The notes under the pieces: generated by a model | Told to the model about the DNA's origin: nothing | Databases searched by the model: none | What the model saw: the letters and a program-made list of their open reading frames with translations, nothing else | NCBI GenBank assembly: GCA_030526445.1 | Contig: JAUNCV010000001.1 | Location: 1 to 39,841, forward strand | Source of the DNA: Bacteroidales bacterium | GTDB taxonomy: Bacteria > Bacteroidota > Bacteroidia > Bacteroidales > UBA3663 | DNA: 39,841 nt | Direction of reading: 5' to 3' | Translations under genes and position numbers: made by a program | In this document: piece by piece, positions 8,245 through 15,119 of the stretch | Numbering within the stretch: the first letter of the stretch is position 1 | How the letters are laid out: every line of letters starts with the position of its first letter

Positions 8245-8349
8245 TGTTATAGAGTAGTTTTTGATGAAAAGACTGAGGTTAGCTGGAAAACCGATGACTA
8301 CCAGCCTGAAACTGGTAGCCATCAACAAACTTAAACACACATAACACAA

Positions 8350-10086
8350 TTACCAGCCAACATTCTGCTTATATTTTTCTCCGCTATAGTTCATCTGGTT
8401 GAGAGGAATGGGGAGATACTCGTCGCGATTGGCAGTGAACTTAGCCTGACGGAGATAATCGACAACCTCTTTCTCCTTGGCAATATAATCGTTCAGATAG
8501 TTGGCAGCAATGCCCCAGCGAACGAGGTCGAAGAAGCGGTTGCCCTCGGTGGCAAATTCGAGGCGACGCTCCCAGCGAAGAGCCTGACGGGCACTTTCCT
8601 GATTCCAGGTGTAGTTGGCATCAGTGTAGAGGGCAATGTTGTAGTTGCCAAACTGCATGCCTGCTGCATTGACCAGCTTAGAGGTGCTGTTGGCAGCACG
8701 CTGGCGAATCTGGTTGATCAGGTCGCGGGCTTCGTCGAGGTTCTCATTGAGCTCAATGTCGATCTCTGCCTTCCAGAGAAGCACATCATCGTAACGAAGG
8801 AGGTCGATGTTCTTGGCCGAGCCTGCAAAATAGGTGGTGGCAGTGAGGGTCGGGTCGTTAGGACTCACCAACTCCTTCATGCAAGAGTAGTAGCTATATA
8901 CACCCGGAACACGCGACCAAGACTTCTGATACACAAAGTTGGGCTCATACTTGAATGGACGGCCAGGGATGCCCACTGTGTGGTCGAGACGAGGATCGAC
9001 CTCAGGGTTGATGTCGTTGAAGTTGCCATCCTTGGCAGCATCGACCTCATAGAAGGTCTCGAACATAGGCAGGCCATTCTCGGTCTTGAAAGCATTGATG
9101 AGGTTGTGGCTTGGCTGGTGGAAGCCGCAAGTGGCAGGATACTCTGAAGCCATTGGGTAGTTGAGGGCATGGTCTTCATCGATTCGGCCATAAATGGTGC
9201 CATCGTTCGAACTATACTGTACGGCAAAGATCGACTCAATGCCGTTTTCGGTAGCGGTGAGGAAGTTGTTGGCAAAGTCGGCAGCCAGAGCATATTTGCC
9301 AGAGCCAATTACCTCATCGCAAAGCGAACCTGCCTTGGCAAGCATCTGCTTGTCTATGCTGGTGACCTGGTTGTTGTCATCGCCCTGCACATAGGCTGCA
9401 TAGAGCAAGGTCTTGGCCTGATATGCCTTGGCAGCCCACTTGGTGGGACGGCCAACCTCGGTCTGTGAGGCAGGGAGAATGGCTGCAGCCTCCTCGAAAT
9501 CCTGTGCAATGCGAGCCCAGAGCTGAGCATTGTTGAGGTCGTGGTTGGTAGCGGCATTTTTTTCGGTGGTGCCCATGGTCTCGTCAATGAAAGGAACATG
9601 CTTGAAGAGAATCTTGAGCACGAAATAGTAGTGGCCACGAAGGAACTTCATCTCAGCAATGCGCTGCTGGCGGGCAGGCATCTCGGCATCGGTCAGCTTG
9701 TTGAGATACTCGAGAGCGGTATTGACACGCGAGAGGTCGAGATAGAGCTGCACCCAGAGGTTGTCGGTCCACTCATTATCGACCGTATTGCTGTAGTAAA
9801 CCTCCCACTGGTGTGCCAGACCGCAGTCGCCTGTTCCGCCACCACCTTTGTAGGTGTCGCCACTACGCACACAACCCAATGACCAGAGGCTGACCAAAGG
9901 ACGATGCCAGGTGGTGTTGCCTAAAGTAGAGTAGGCTGCATTGCAAAGCTGATCAACATTGGCAGCCGTGTTGAAGTCTTCTTCGGTTACGATGCCTTGT
10001 GCCTCTTCGTCGAGGAAGTCAGAGCATGAAGACAAACTGAGGATACCAGCCAAACCGAGAGCTAAATATTTCATAGATGTTTTCAT
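8350..10086 (-). CDS. SusD/RagB-family nutrient-binding lipoprotein (578 aa)
   Basis: Lipoprotein signal MKYLALGLAGILSLSSCSDFLDEE. SusD-like TPR-containing body (RAEMKFLRGHYYFVLKILF, WERRLEFATEGNRFFDLVRWG). Lies 27 nt downstream of a SusC-like gene. Confidence 0.93.
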   Translation of the reverse strand: MKTSMKYLALGLAGILSLSSCSDFLDEEAQGIVTEEDFNTAANVDQLCNAAYSTLGNTTWHRPLVSLWSLGCVRSGDTYKGGGGTGDCGLAHQWEVYYSNTVDNEWTDNLWVQLYLDLSRVNTALEYLNKLTDAEMPARQQRIAEMKFLRGHYYFVLKILFKHVPFIDETMGTTEKNAATNHDLNNAQLWARIAQDFEEAAAILPASQTEVGRPTKWAAKAYQAKTLLYAAYVQGDDNNQVTSIDKQMLAKAGSLCDEVIGSGKYALAADFANNFLTATENGIESIFAVQYSSNDGTIYGRIDEDHALNYPMASEYPATCGFHQPSHNLINAFKTENGLPMFETFYEVDAAKDGNFNDINPEVDPRLDHTVGIPGRPFKYEPNFVYQKSWSRVPGVYSYYSCMKELVSPNDPTLTATTYFAGSAKNIDLLRYDDVLLWKAEIDIELNENLDEARDLINQIRQRAANSTSKLVNAAGMQFGNYNIALYTDANYTWNQESARQALRWERRLEFATEGNRFFDLVRWGIAANYLNDYIAKEKEVVDYLRQAKFTANRDEYLPIPLNQMNYSGEKYKQNVGW

Positions 10087-10113
10087 CTGTATATGCTATT
10101 TGAAAGTTAGTAC

Positions 10114-13100
10114 TTAGAAGGTTACATTCAGACCTACAGTGGTAACCAGTGGTCGAGGATAAGCATTGCTTGAGTTCTCAGGATCGACACCCGAGAAGTC
10201 TTTAGACTTGATGGTGAGCAAGTTGTTAGCCTGCACATAGATGTCTGCATTCGAGATCCAACTGAACTTGTCGCAGATTTTCTTCAAAGAGTAACCTACC
10301 TGGATGTTTCGAAGCTTCAGGTAAGAACCATTCTCAACAAAGTAGCTTGAGCGACGGCCCTCGTTGTTGGCATCGTTGAAGGTGAGCATCGGGATGTCAG
10401 AACCGGTGTTCTGTGGGGTCCATGCATCGAGCACTCGCTTGCCATAGTTGGTGCCGGTGTAGAGCGAAGTGAAGTCGGTGAGAGTCTTGAGGTTGTTGTA
10501 AACATCGATGCCAGCCAGACCCTGCCAGAACATAGATACTGAGAGGTCTTTCCACTTCATGCCAAGGTTGAGACCATACTCAAACTTAGGCAGACCGTCG
10601 GTGAGATAGGTGCGGTCTTTGTCGTCGATGACATGGTCGCCATTGAGATCCTTGTAACGGATACGGCCAGGGCCTGCACCGGTCTGGGTGGCATGAGCAT
10701 CGACTTCGGCCTGATTCTGGAACAGACCATCGGCTACATAGCCATAGACAGAGTTGATAGAGCGGCCCAGGATGACATCGGTGGTGCCGTTGCCAGGATA
10801 AGAGGTGAGCACACTCTTAGGAAGCTTGGTGACTTCGTTCTGGTAACGCGAGATGTTGAGGCCCGCATTCCAGCTCCAGTCTTTATTGATGTTGTGGCTG
10901 TAGTTGAGCTGCAACTCCCAGCCCCAGTTCTTCATAGAGGCACCATTGACCCACTGATTGCCACCTTCGCCAATAACAGCCAGGTAGTTAGGGCTGATGA
11001 GAATGTCTTTGGTCTCTTTGATGAAGTAGTCGAACGAACCGGTGAGATCATTATTCAGGAAGCCGAAGTCAACACCCATATTGTGCTGGGTTGAGGTCTC
11101 CCACTTGAGATCTTTGTTGCTCAACTGCTGGCGAGCAAAACCAGAAACCATAGAGCCATTGCCGGCAATATCGTAGGCAGTACCCTTGTCTGGATTTGAA
11201 GCTACCGATGAGTCGGGAGTGCCATAGATGGCCTTATAGATTGACATATATGCATAGTTGTCGATCTCTTGGTTACCATTCTGGCCCCAGCCATAACGAA
11301 GCTTCAGGTCGCTGAACAGGTTGAGGTTGCGGATGAAATCCTCTTCCGACATGCGCCAGCCGAGAGAGTAGGCAGCGAAGGTGCCCCAGCGATTATCCTT
11401 GGCAAAACGGCTTGAACCATCGCGACGAAGGGTGAACGAAACCAGATATTTGTTCATGAGCTGGTAGTCGGCCTTGCCAAAGAACGAGAGCAAGGTGTAG
11501 CTTGAGCCTTCACCCGCATTGTTAATGCTCGATGAACCGGTGCTCAGATACATATAATTGAGATTCTCGAGAGAATAGCCCTTGCGGCTTGCCGAGAACA
11601 TCTGGTTGTTGTATTTGGCCATCTCGTGACCGAGCAGCACGGTGAGGCGGTGGTTGCGACCATATTCGGCCGAGTAGTTGAGGGTGTTCTGCCACTGCCA
11701 GTTGCCCATAAACTTGAACTGCTGGTCGAGCTTGTTGGTGGCATCACCCAGGAAGCCGCTGGTAAATGACTTGGTCATGTTGCGGAAGTAGGTTCCAAAG
11801 TAATCGACACCACCAGAGGTGCGGAAGGTGAAGTCTTTCAGGAACTTAACCTCGGCAAAGGCATTGCCGAAGAGGCGAACATTGTTGGCTGCATTCTCGG
11901 CATTGTCGACCAGCTGACGAAGAGGGTTGTGCACATCGCTCATGCCATTGACTGGGCCGCCCCAGCCGCCCTTGTTGTCGTGAACGGGTGTGAGAGGGTG
12001 CGAACGAAGCACATTCCACATCACTGCCGATGCATTGCCCTCGCCACCCACGGTCTGCTGATCCTTGTGGGTGTAGCTGACAGAGAGGTTTTCGCCTACA
12101 CGCAAGTGATTGTCGAAGAAGTTGTACTCAGAGTTGGCACGAAGAGAGGCACGCTTCATAAAGGTCTCTTTCATGATGCCCTCGTTGTCATAGTAGCCCA
12201 TTGAGAACATCGAGCGACCATGCTCATTGCCATTGGAGAAGGTGAGGTTGTAGCTCTGAATGAGTGGTACGCGTGAAACCTCATCATACCAGTCGGTATC
12301 GCCAGCTGTTTCGTTGTAAGGCGAGAAAGCGCTCTGGTTGACACCTACCGAAGAAAGGGTGGGGTTGTTATAGTCGTTGTTCCAGTTGAAGGTATAGAGG
12401 CTCTGGGCTGAGTTGGGGTCACTGCCATCGTTGACCCAGGCACGCCATACGGCTCGGCCCAGACCATTGGCATCGAGCACCTCCATGCGATTGTTGTAAA
12501 ACTGGGTAGAGAGCGAAGCATTGAAGGCAATCTCTTTGTAGCCCTCTTTGGCTCGTTTGGTGGTGATGATGACAACACCGTTGGCTGCACGGCTACCATA
12601 GATAGAGGCCGAAGAGGCATCCTTGAGCACCTGGATAGACTCGATATCGCGCGAGTTGAGCTCGTTGAGACCACGCTTGGTGGGCATGCCATCGATCACA
12701 TAAAGAGGATCGTTGTTACCCAGGGTGCCAATGCCTCGGATGCGTACGGTGGCTGCACCCTCGGGCGAACCATCGGTGGTGATGTTAACACCTGGCACAC
12801 GGCCCTGAAGGGCCTCCATGGGGTTGCTGGTTGGAATATCGCTGGTCTCTTTGAGCTTGATGACACTCACGGCACCGGTCAAATCGGCCTTGCGTGCCAC
12901 TTGATAACCTACTACTACTGCCTCTTCGAGCTGTTTGCTATCTTCGAGCAGTGTAACATTGAAAACATTTTTGCCATCGGTCAGCATCTCCTGCTGAACA
13001 TATCCTATATAAGAGAAAATGAGTGAGCTGCCGTCGGCAACAGTAAGAGTGAAGTTGCCATCCATATCGGTGACAGTACCATTGCTTGTACCCTTTTCGA

Positions 13101-13263
13101 TGACATTGACGCCAATGAGGCCATCGCCAAATTCGTCAATTACTTTGCCGGTCAGCTGCTTCTGAGCCCAAGTGGCTCCTACGAAACATGATGAGACGAG
13201 GAGGGTGGCTGCGAGTCGCTTGGCTCCCGTCTGTCTTTTCGGGTTAGTCTGGTTTCTTTTCAT
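10114..13263 (-). CDS. SusC-family TonB-dependent outer-membrane transporter (1049 aa)
   Basis: Carboxypeptidase-regulatory-like domain (LTGKVIDEFGDGLIGVNVIEKGTSNGTVTDMDGNFTL). Plug motifs (VVVGYQVARKADLTGAVSV, VRIRGIGTLGNNDPLYVIDGMP, SSASIYGSRAANGVVIITTKRA). Terminal ...VGLNVTF. Paralogous to the gene at 1045..4164. Confidence 0.95.
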   Translation of the reverse strand: MKRNQTNPKRQTGAKRLAATLLVSSCFVGATWAQKQLTGKVIDEFGDGLIGVNVIEKGTSNGTVTDMDGNFTLTVADGSSLIFSYIGYVQQEMLTDGKNVFNVTLLEDSKQLEEAVVVGYQVARKADLTGAVSVIKLKETSDIPTSNPMEALQGRVPGVNITTDGSPEGAATVRIRGIGTLGNNDPLYVIDGMPTKRGLNELNSRDIESIQVLKDASSASIYGSRAANGVVIITTKRAKEGYKEIAFNASLSTQFYNNRMEVLDANGLGRAVWRAWVNDGSDPNSAQSLYTFNWNNDYNNPTLSSVGVNQSAFSPYNETAGDTDWYDEVSRVPLIQSYNLTFSNGNEHGRSMFSMGYYDNEGIMKETFMKRASLRANSEYNFFDNHLRVGENLSVSYTHKDQQTVGGEGNASAVMWNVLRSHPLTPVHDNKGGWGGPVNGMSDVHNPLRQLVDNAENAANNVRLFGNAFAEVKFLKDFTFRTSGGVDYFGTYFRNMTKSFTSGFLGDATNKLDQQFKFMGNWQWQNTLNYSAEYGRNHRLTVLLGHEMAKYNNQMFSASRKGYSLENLNYMYLSTGSSSINNAGEGSSYTLLSFFGKADYQLMNKYLVSFTLRRDGSSRFAKDNRWGTFAAYSLGWRMSEEDFIRNLNLFSDLKLRYGWGQNGNQEIDNYAYMSIYKAIYGTPDSSVASNPDKGTAYDIAGNGSMVSGFARQQLSNKDLKWETSTQHNMGVDFGFLNNDLTGSFDYFIKETKDILISPNYLAVIGEGGNQWVNGASMKNWGWELQLNYSHNINKDWSWNAGLNISRYQNEVTKLPKSVLTSYPGNGTTDVILGRSINSVYGYVADGLFQNQAEVDAHATQTGAGPGRIRYKDLNGDHVIDDKDRTYLTDGLPKFEYGLNLGMKWKDLSVSMFWQGLAGIDVYNNLKTLTDFTSLYTGTNYGKRVLDAWTPQNTGSDIPMLTFNDANNEGRRSSYFVENGSYLKLRNIQVGYSLKKICDKFSWISNADIYVQANNLLTIKSKDFSGVDPENSSNAYPRPLVTTVGLNVTF

Positions 13264-13322
13264 AAAAATAATAAAGTTAGAAGGATAAAATAGAATGCGT
13301 CATTTTTTTTGTTTTTAAGCTG

Positions 13323-13330
13323 CAAAGATA
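13323..13330 (-). promoter_or_regulatory. Bacteroidota -7 promoter box (TAtcTTTG) for the susC at 13263
   Basis: Matches TAnnTTTG on the minus strand, 60 nt upstream of the ATG. Confidence 0.6.
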
Positions 13331-13376
13331 GGGTATCCTTGGTGGTCGGTAGATAAAAAAATGTTTCAGAAACAAA

Positions 13377-13413
13377 AAGATTTGTTGCATTCCGGAAAAT
13401 TGCAACAAATCTT
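13377..13413 (-). terminator. AT-rich perfect hairpin (13-bp arms AAGATTTGTTGCA / TGCAACAAATCTT; the 11-nt loop contains the palindrome TTCCGGAA) followed by a U-rich tract
   Basis: Perfect inverted repeat. On the minus strand it is followed by TTTGTTTCTGAAACATTTTTTT. Lies 47 nt upstream of the -7 box of the susC at 13263. Confidence 0.5.
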
Positions 13414-13504
13414 CTATGTAGTGAACGAAAAGTATAAATGTTACATGCAATGTTACATATGTATCGGGGCTAAAAACTGCTGAAACTAAAAGAAATAGAG
13501 GTTC

Positions 13505-14923
13505 CTAAGAGAGTAAATCCTGCATAGTTATAACATTTTGCACCACAGAGCTATGGATATTTTTCTGCAATCCCTGGTTGGTGATCAATGTAACTCGTAT
13601 CGAACTTTTCGTGCCTGTATATTGAATAAAACTCTCTACACGATGCTCCAGTTTCTCTCGTTCCGTCTTGGTCAAAGCATACTCTCCTGCACAAAACTTC
13701 ATTTCGCAAAGATTGATGCAATGGTCGGCACGATCGATGATTAAGTCAATCTGTGCTCCCTTGTCGGCGGTTGCTGGTGTGCGCCATCCATACACAGCCG
13801 TCTGCACTCCTCCTATGCGAAGAGCCTCCTTGATTTTGCCGATATGATTCAGACAAAGAATTTCAAATGCGAAACCGCTCCAGGCGTGATAGAGTGGCGT
13901 GTTGATACTATGCGACCAAAACTGCTCATCTTGATATTGGCATTTGTCCTGAATATGATAACAAAAGTGCAGGAACGGATCGATAAGCTGATAGCTTAGC
14001 ATACGTTTCTTTCCATCGAATGGCTGATATGGACGAATGAAACGACAGTTCTCCAGCTCTTTGAGCATGCTGGAAAAACGTACATTGTTGTGCAGTTTTG
14101 TATGTTCAAGCAATTCGCTACGGGTAAGTCCCTTACTCTTCGACGAAAGTGCTTCGACAATGCGGACATAGTCTTCGCTATGCTTGAAGAGCGAACGGAA
14201 AAGGTTGTCTTTTTCAGCCCTCAATTCTCCAGTAGCTGAGAAAATGAGGCGGTCGATGTTCTGCGCAACACTCTCCTCCTTATTTAATAAAGAAAGATAA
14301 TAGGGCACACCTCCGAAGACCATATAGTAATCGGTCACTTCACGGTCGGTATAGCCAAAAGCATATTTATCAAAATACTCTCGGCACTCGGAGAGTGAAA
14401 ATGGCTCGATGAGCATCTGGTGGGTTACTCGATTGTGCAAACCTCCATGATTGTTGATGAGATTGTCGAGCATCCACGAGGCAGCACTACCGCACACGAT
14501 CAACTTAATGTCACGGCGAGCCGAAGCCCAGCTGTTCCAGAAATGCTCAAGGGCACTTACAAAATCTGATTTGGCAGTGGCAAGCCATGGCATCTCATCG
14601 AAGAACAGTATCTTCGTCTCTTCGTTCAAGCCCTCGAGATAGCGTTCCAACTGGTCGAATGCCTCCAGCCAGCTCCTGCTGCGCTCCGCTCCTGCAAACC
14701 TTTTTCTTAGGCTAAGAAAGAAGTTGGTGAGCTGCTCTTCCTGTCCCACATTCTCCATGCCCGTTATCTGAAAACAACAGCGGTCGGCAAGGCTCTTCCG
14801 CACAAGAAAAGTCTTTCCGACACGACGACGTCCATAGACAACAACAAACTCCGAGCGATTGGATGCGATATATTCCTTGAGAGCTCTCTGCTCTTTCTGT
14901 CGGCCAATGAGATATTCTTCCAT
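13505..14923 (-). CDS. AAA+ (Arch_ATPase/DUF234-type) ATP-binding protein with a C-terminal PD-(D/E)xK-like nuclease motif (472 aa from MEEYLIG)
   Basis: Walker A VVYGRRRVGKTFLV and Walker B ILFFDEMPW. C-terminal region GFAFEILCLNH...GAQIDLIIDRADHCINLCEMKF has a D...ExK pattern. The start at 14923 lies 25 nt downstream of a TAccTTTG box. The track's longer start (14992) would lie upstream of that box. Confidence 0.8.
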   Translation of the reverse strand: MEEYLIGRQKEQRALKEYIASNRSEFVVVYGRRRVGKTFLVRKSLADRCCFQITGMENVGQEEQLTNFFLSLRKRFAGAERSRSWLEAFDQLERYLEGLNEETKILFFDEMPWLATAKSDFVSALEHFWNSWASARRDIKLIVCGSAASWMLDNLINNHGGLHNRVTHQMLIEPFSLSECREYFDKYAFGYTDREVTDYYMVFGGVPYYLSLLNKEESVAQNIDRLIFSATGELRAEKDNLFRSLFKHSEDYVRIVEALSSKSKGLTRSELLEHTKLHNNVRFSSMLKELENCRFIRPYQPFDGKKRMLSYQLIDPFLHFCYHIQDKCQYQDEQFWSHSINTPLYHAWSGFAFEILCLNHIGKIKEALRIGGVQTAVYGWRTPATADKGAQIDLIIDRADHCINLCEMKFCAGEYALTKTEREKLEHRVESFIQYTGTKSSIRVTLITNQGLQKNIHSSVVQNVITMQDLLS

Positions 14924-14947
14924 AATAATCAGTATTTTATGACGATG

Positions 14948-14955
14948 CAAAGGTA
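14948..14955 (-). promoter_or_regulatory. Bacteroidota -7 promoter box (TAccTTTG) for the ATPase gene
   Basis: Matches TAnnTTTG on the minus strand, 25 nt upstream of ATG 14923. Confidence 0.5.
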
Positions 14956-14996
14956 ATGAAAAGGTTGGCATGAACAAAACTTTCTGGACCAAAAAG

Positions 14997-15030
14997 TGCT
15001 GAAACGCATTTAAAAAAAATGATTTCAGCA
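14997..15030 (-). terminator. Second hairpin (8-bp arms TGCTGAAA / TTTCAGCA, A/T-rich 18-nt loop) followed on the minus strand by CTTTTTGG
   Basis: Inverted repeat built from the same GCTGAAA unit, in tandem with the hairpin at 15043..15089. Confidence 0.4.
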
Positions 15031-15042
15031 GAAAATAGACCT

Positions 15043-15089
15043 AAAAGTTGCTGAAACGATATAAAAAGATACCCATTTCAGCAACTTTT
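15043..15089 (-). terminator. Hairpin (14-bp perfect arms AAAAGTTGCTGAAA / TTTCAGCAACTTTT) downstream of the 910-aa HTCS gene
   Basis: Perfect inverted repeat 31 nt after the stop at 15120. It is built from the GCTGAAA repeat unit. Confidence 0.5.
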
Positions 15090-15119
15090 GAGGCTAACTA
15101 GCGGTTTCAGACAGAGTTC

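Larger units (their letters stand above)
14991..15089. repeat. Cluster of AAAAGT(T)GCTGAAAC units: two direct copies plus two inverted copies. A further direct copy lies at 13472-13486, on the other side of the ATPase gene.
   Basis: Direct copies: 14991-15005 AAAAAGTGCTGAAAC and 15043-15057 AAAAGTTGCTGAAAC. Inverted copies: 15023-15030 TTTCAGCA and 15076-15089 TTTCAGCAACTTTT. Copy beyond the ATPase gene: 13472-13486 AAAAACTGCTGAAAC. Confidence 0.7.

Noticed and set aside
8245-8349. N-terminal extension of the GH36 ORF (MCYVCLSLLMATSFRLVVIGFPANLSLFIKNYSIT) proposed by the ORF track.
   Set aside because: The extension would begin 1 nt after the susD stop (8350) and would consume the spacer hairpin. 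The internal Met at 8244 gives a canonical signal peptide.
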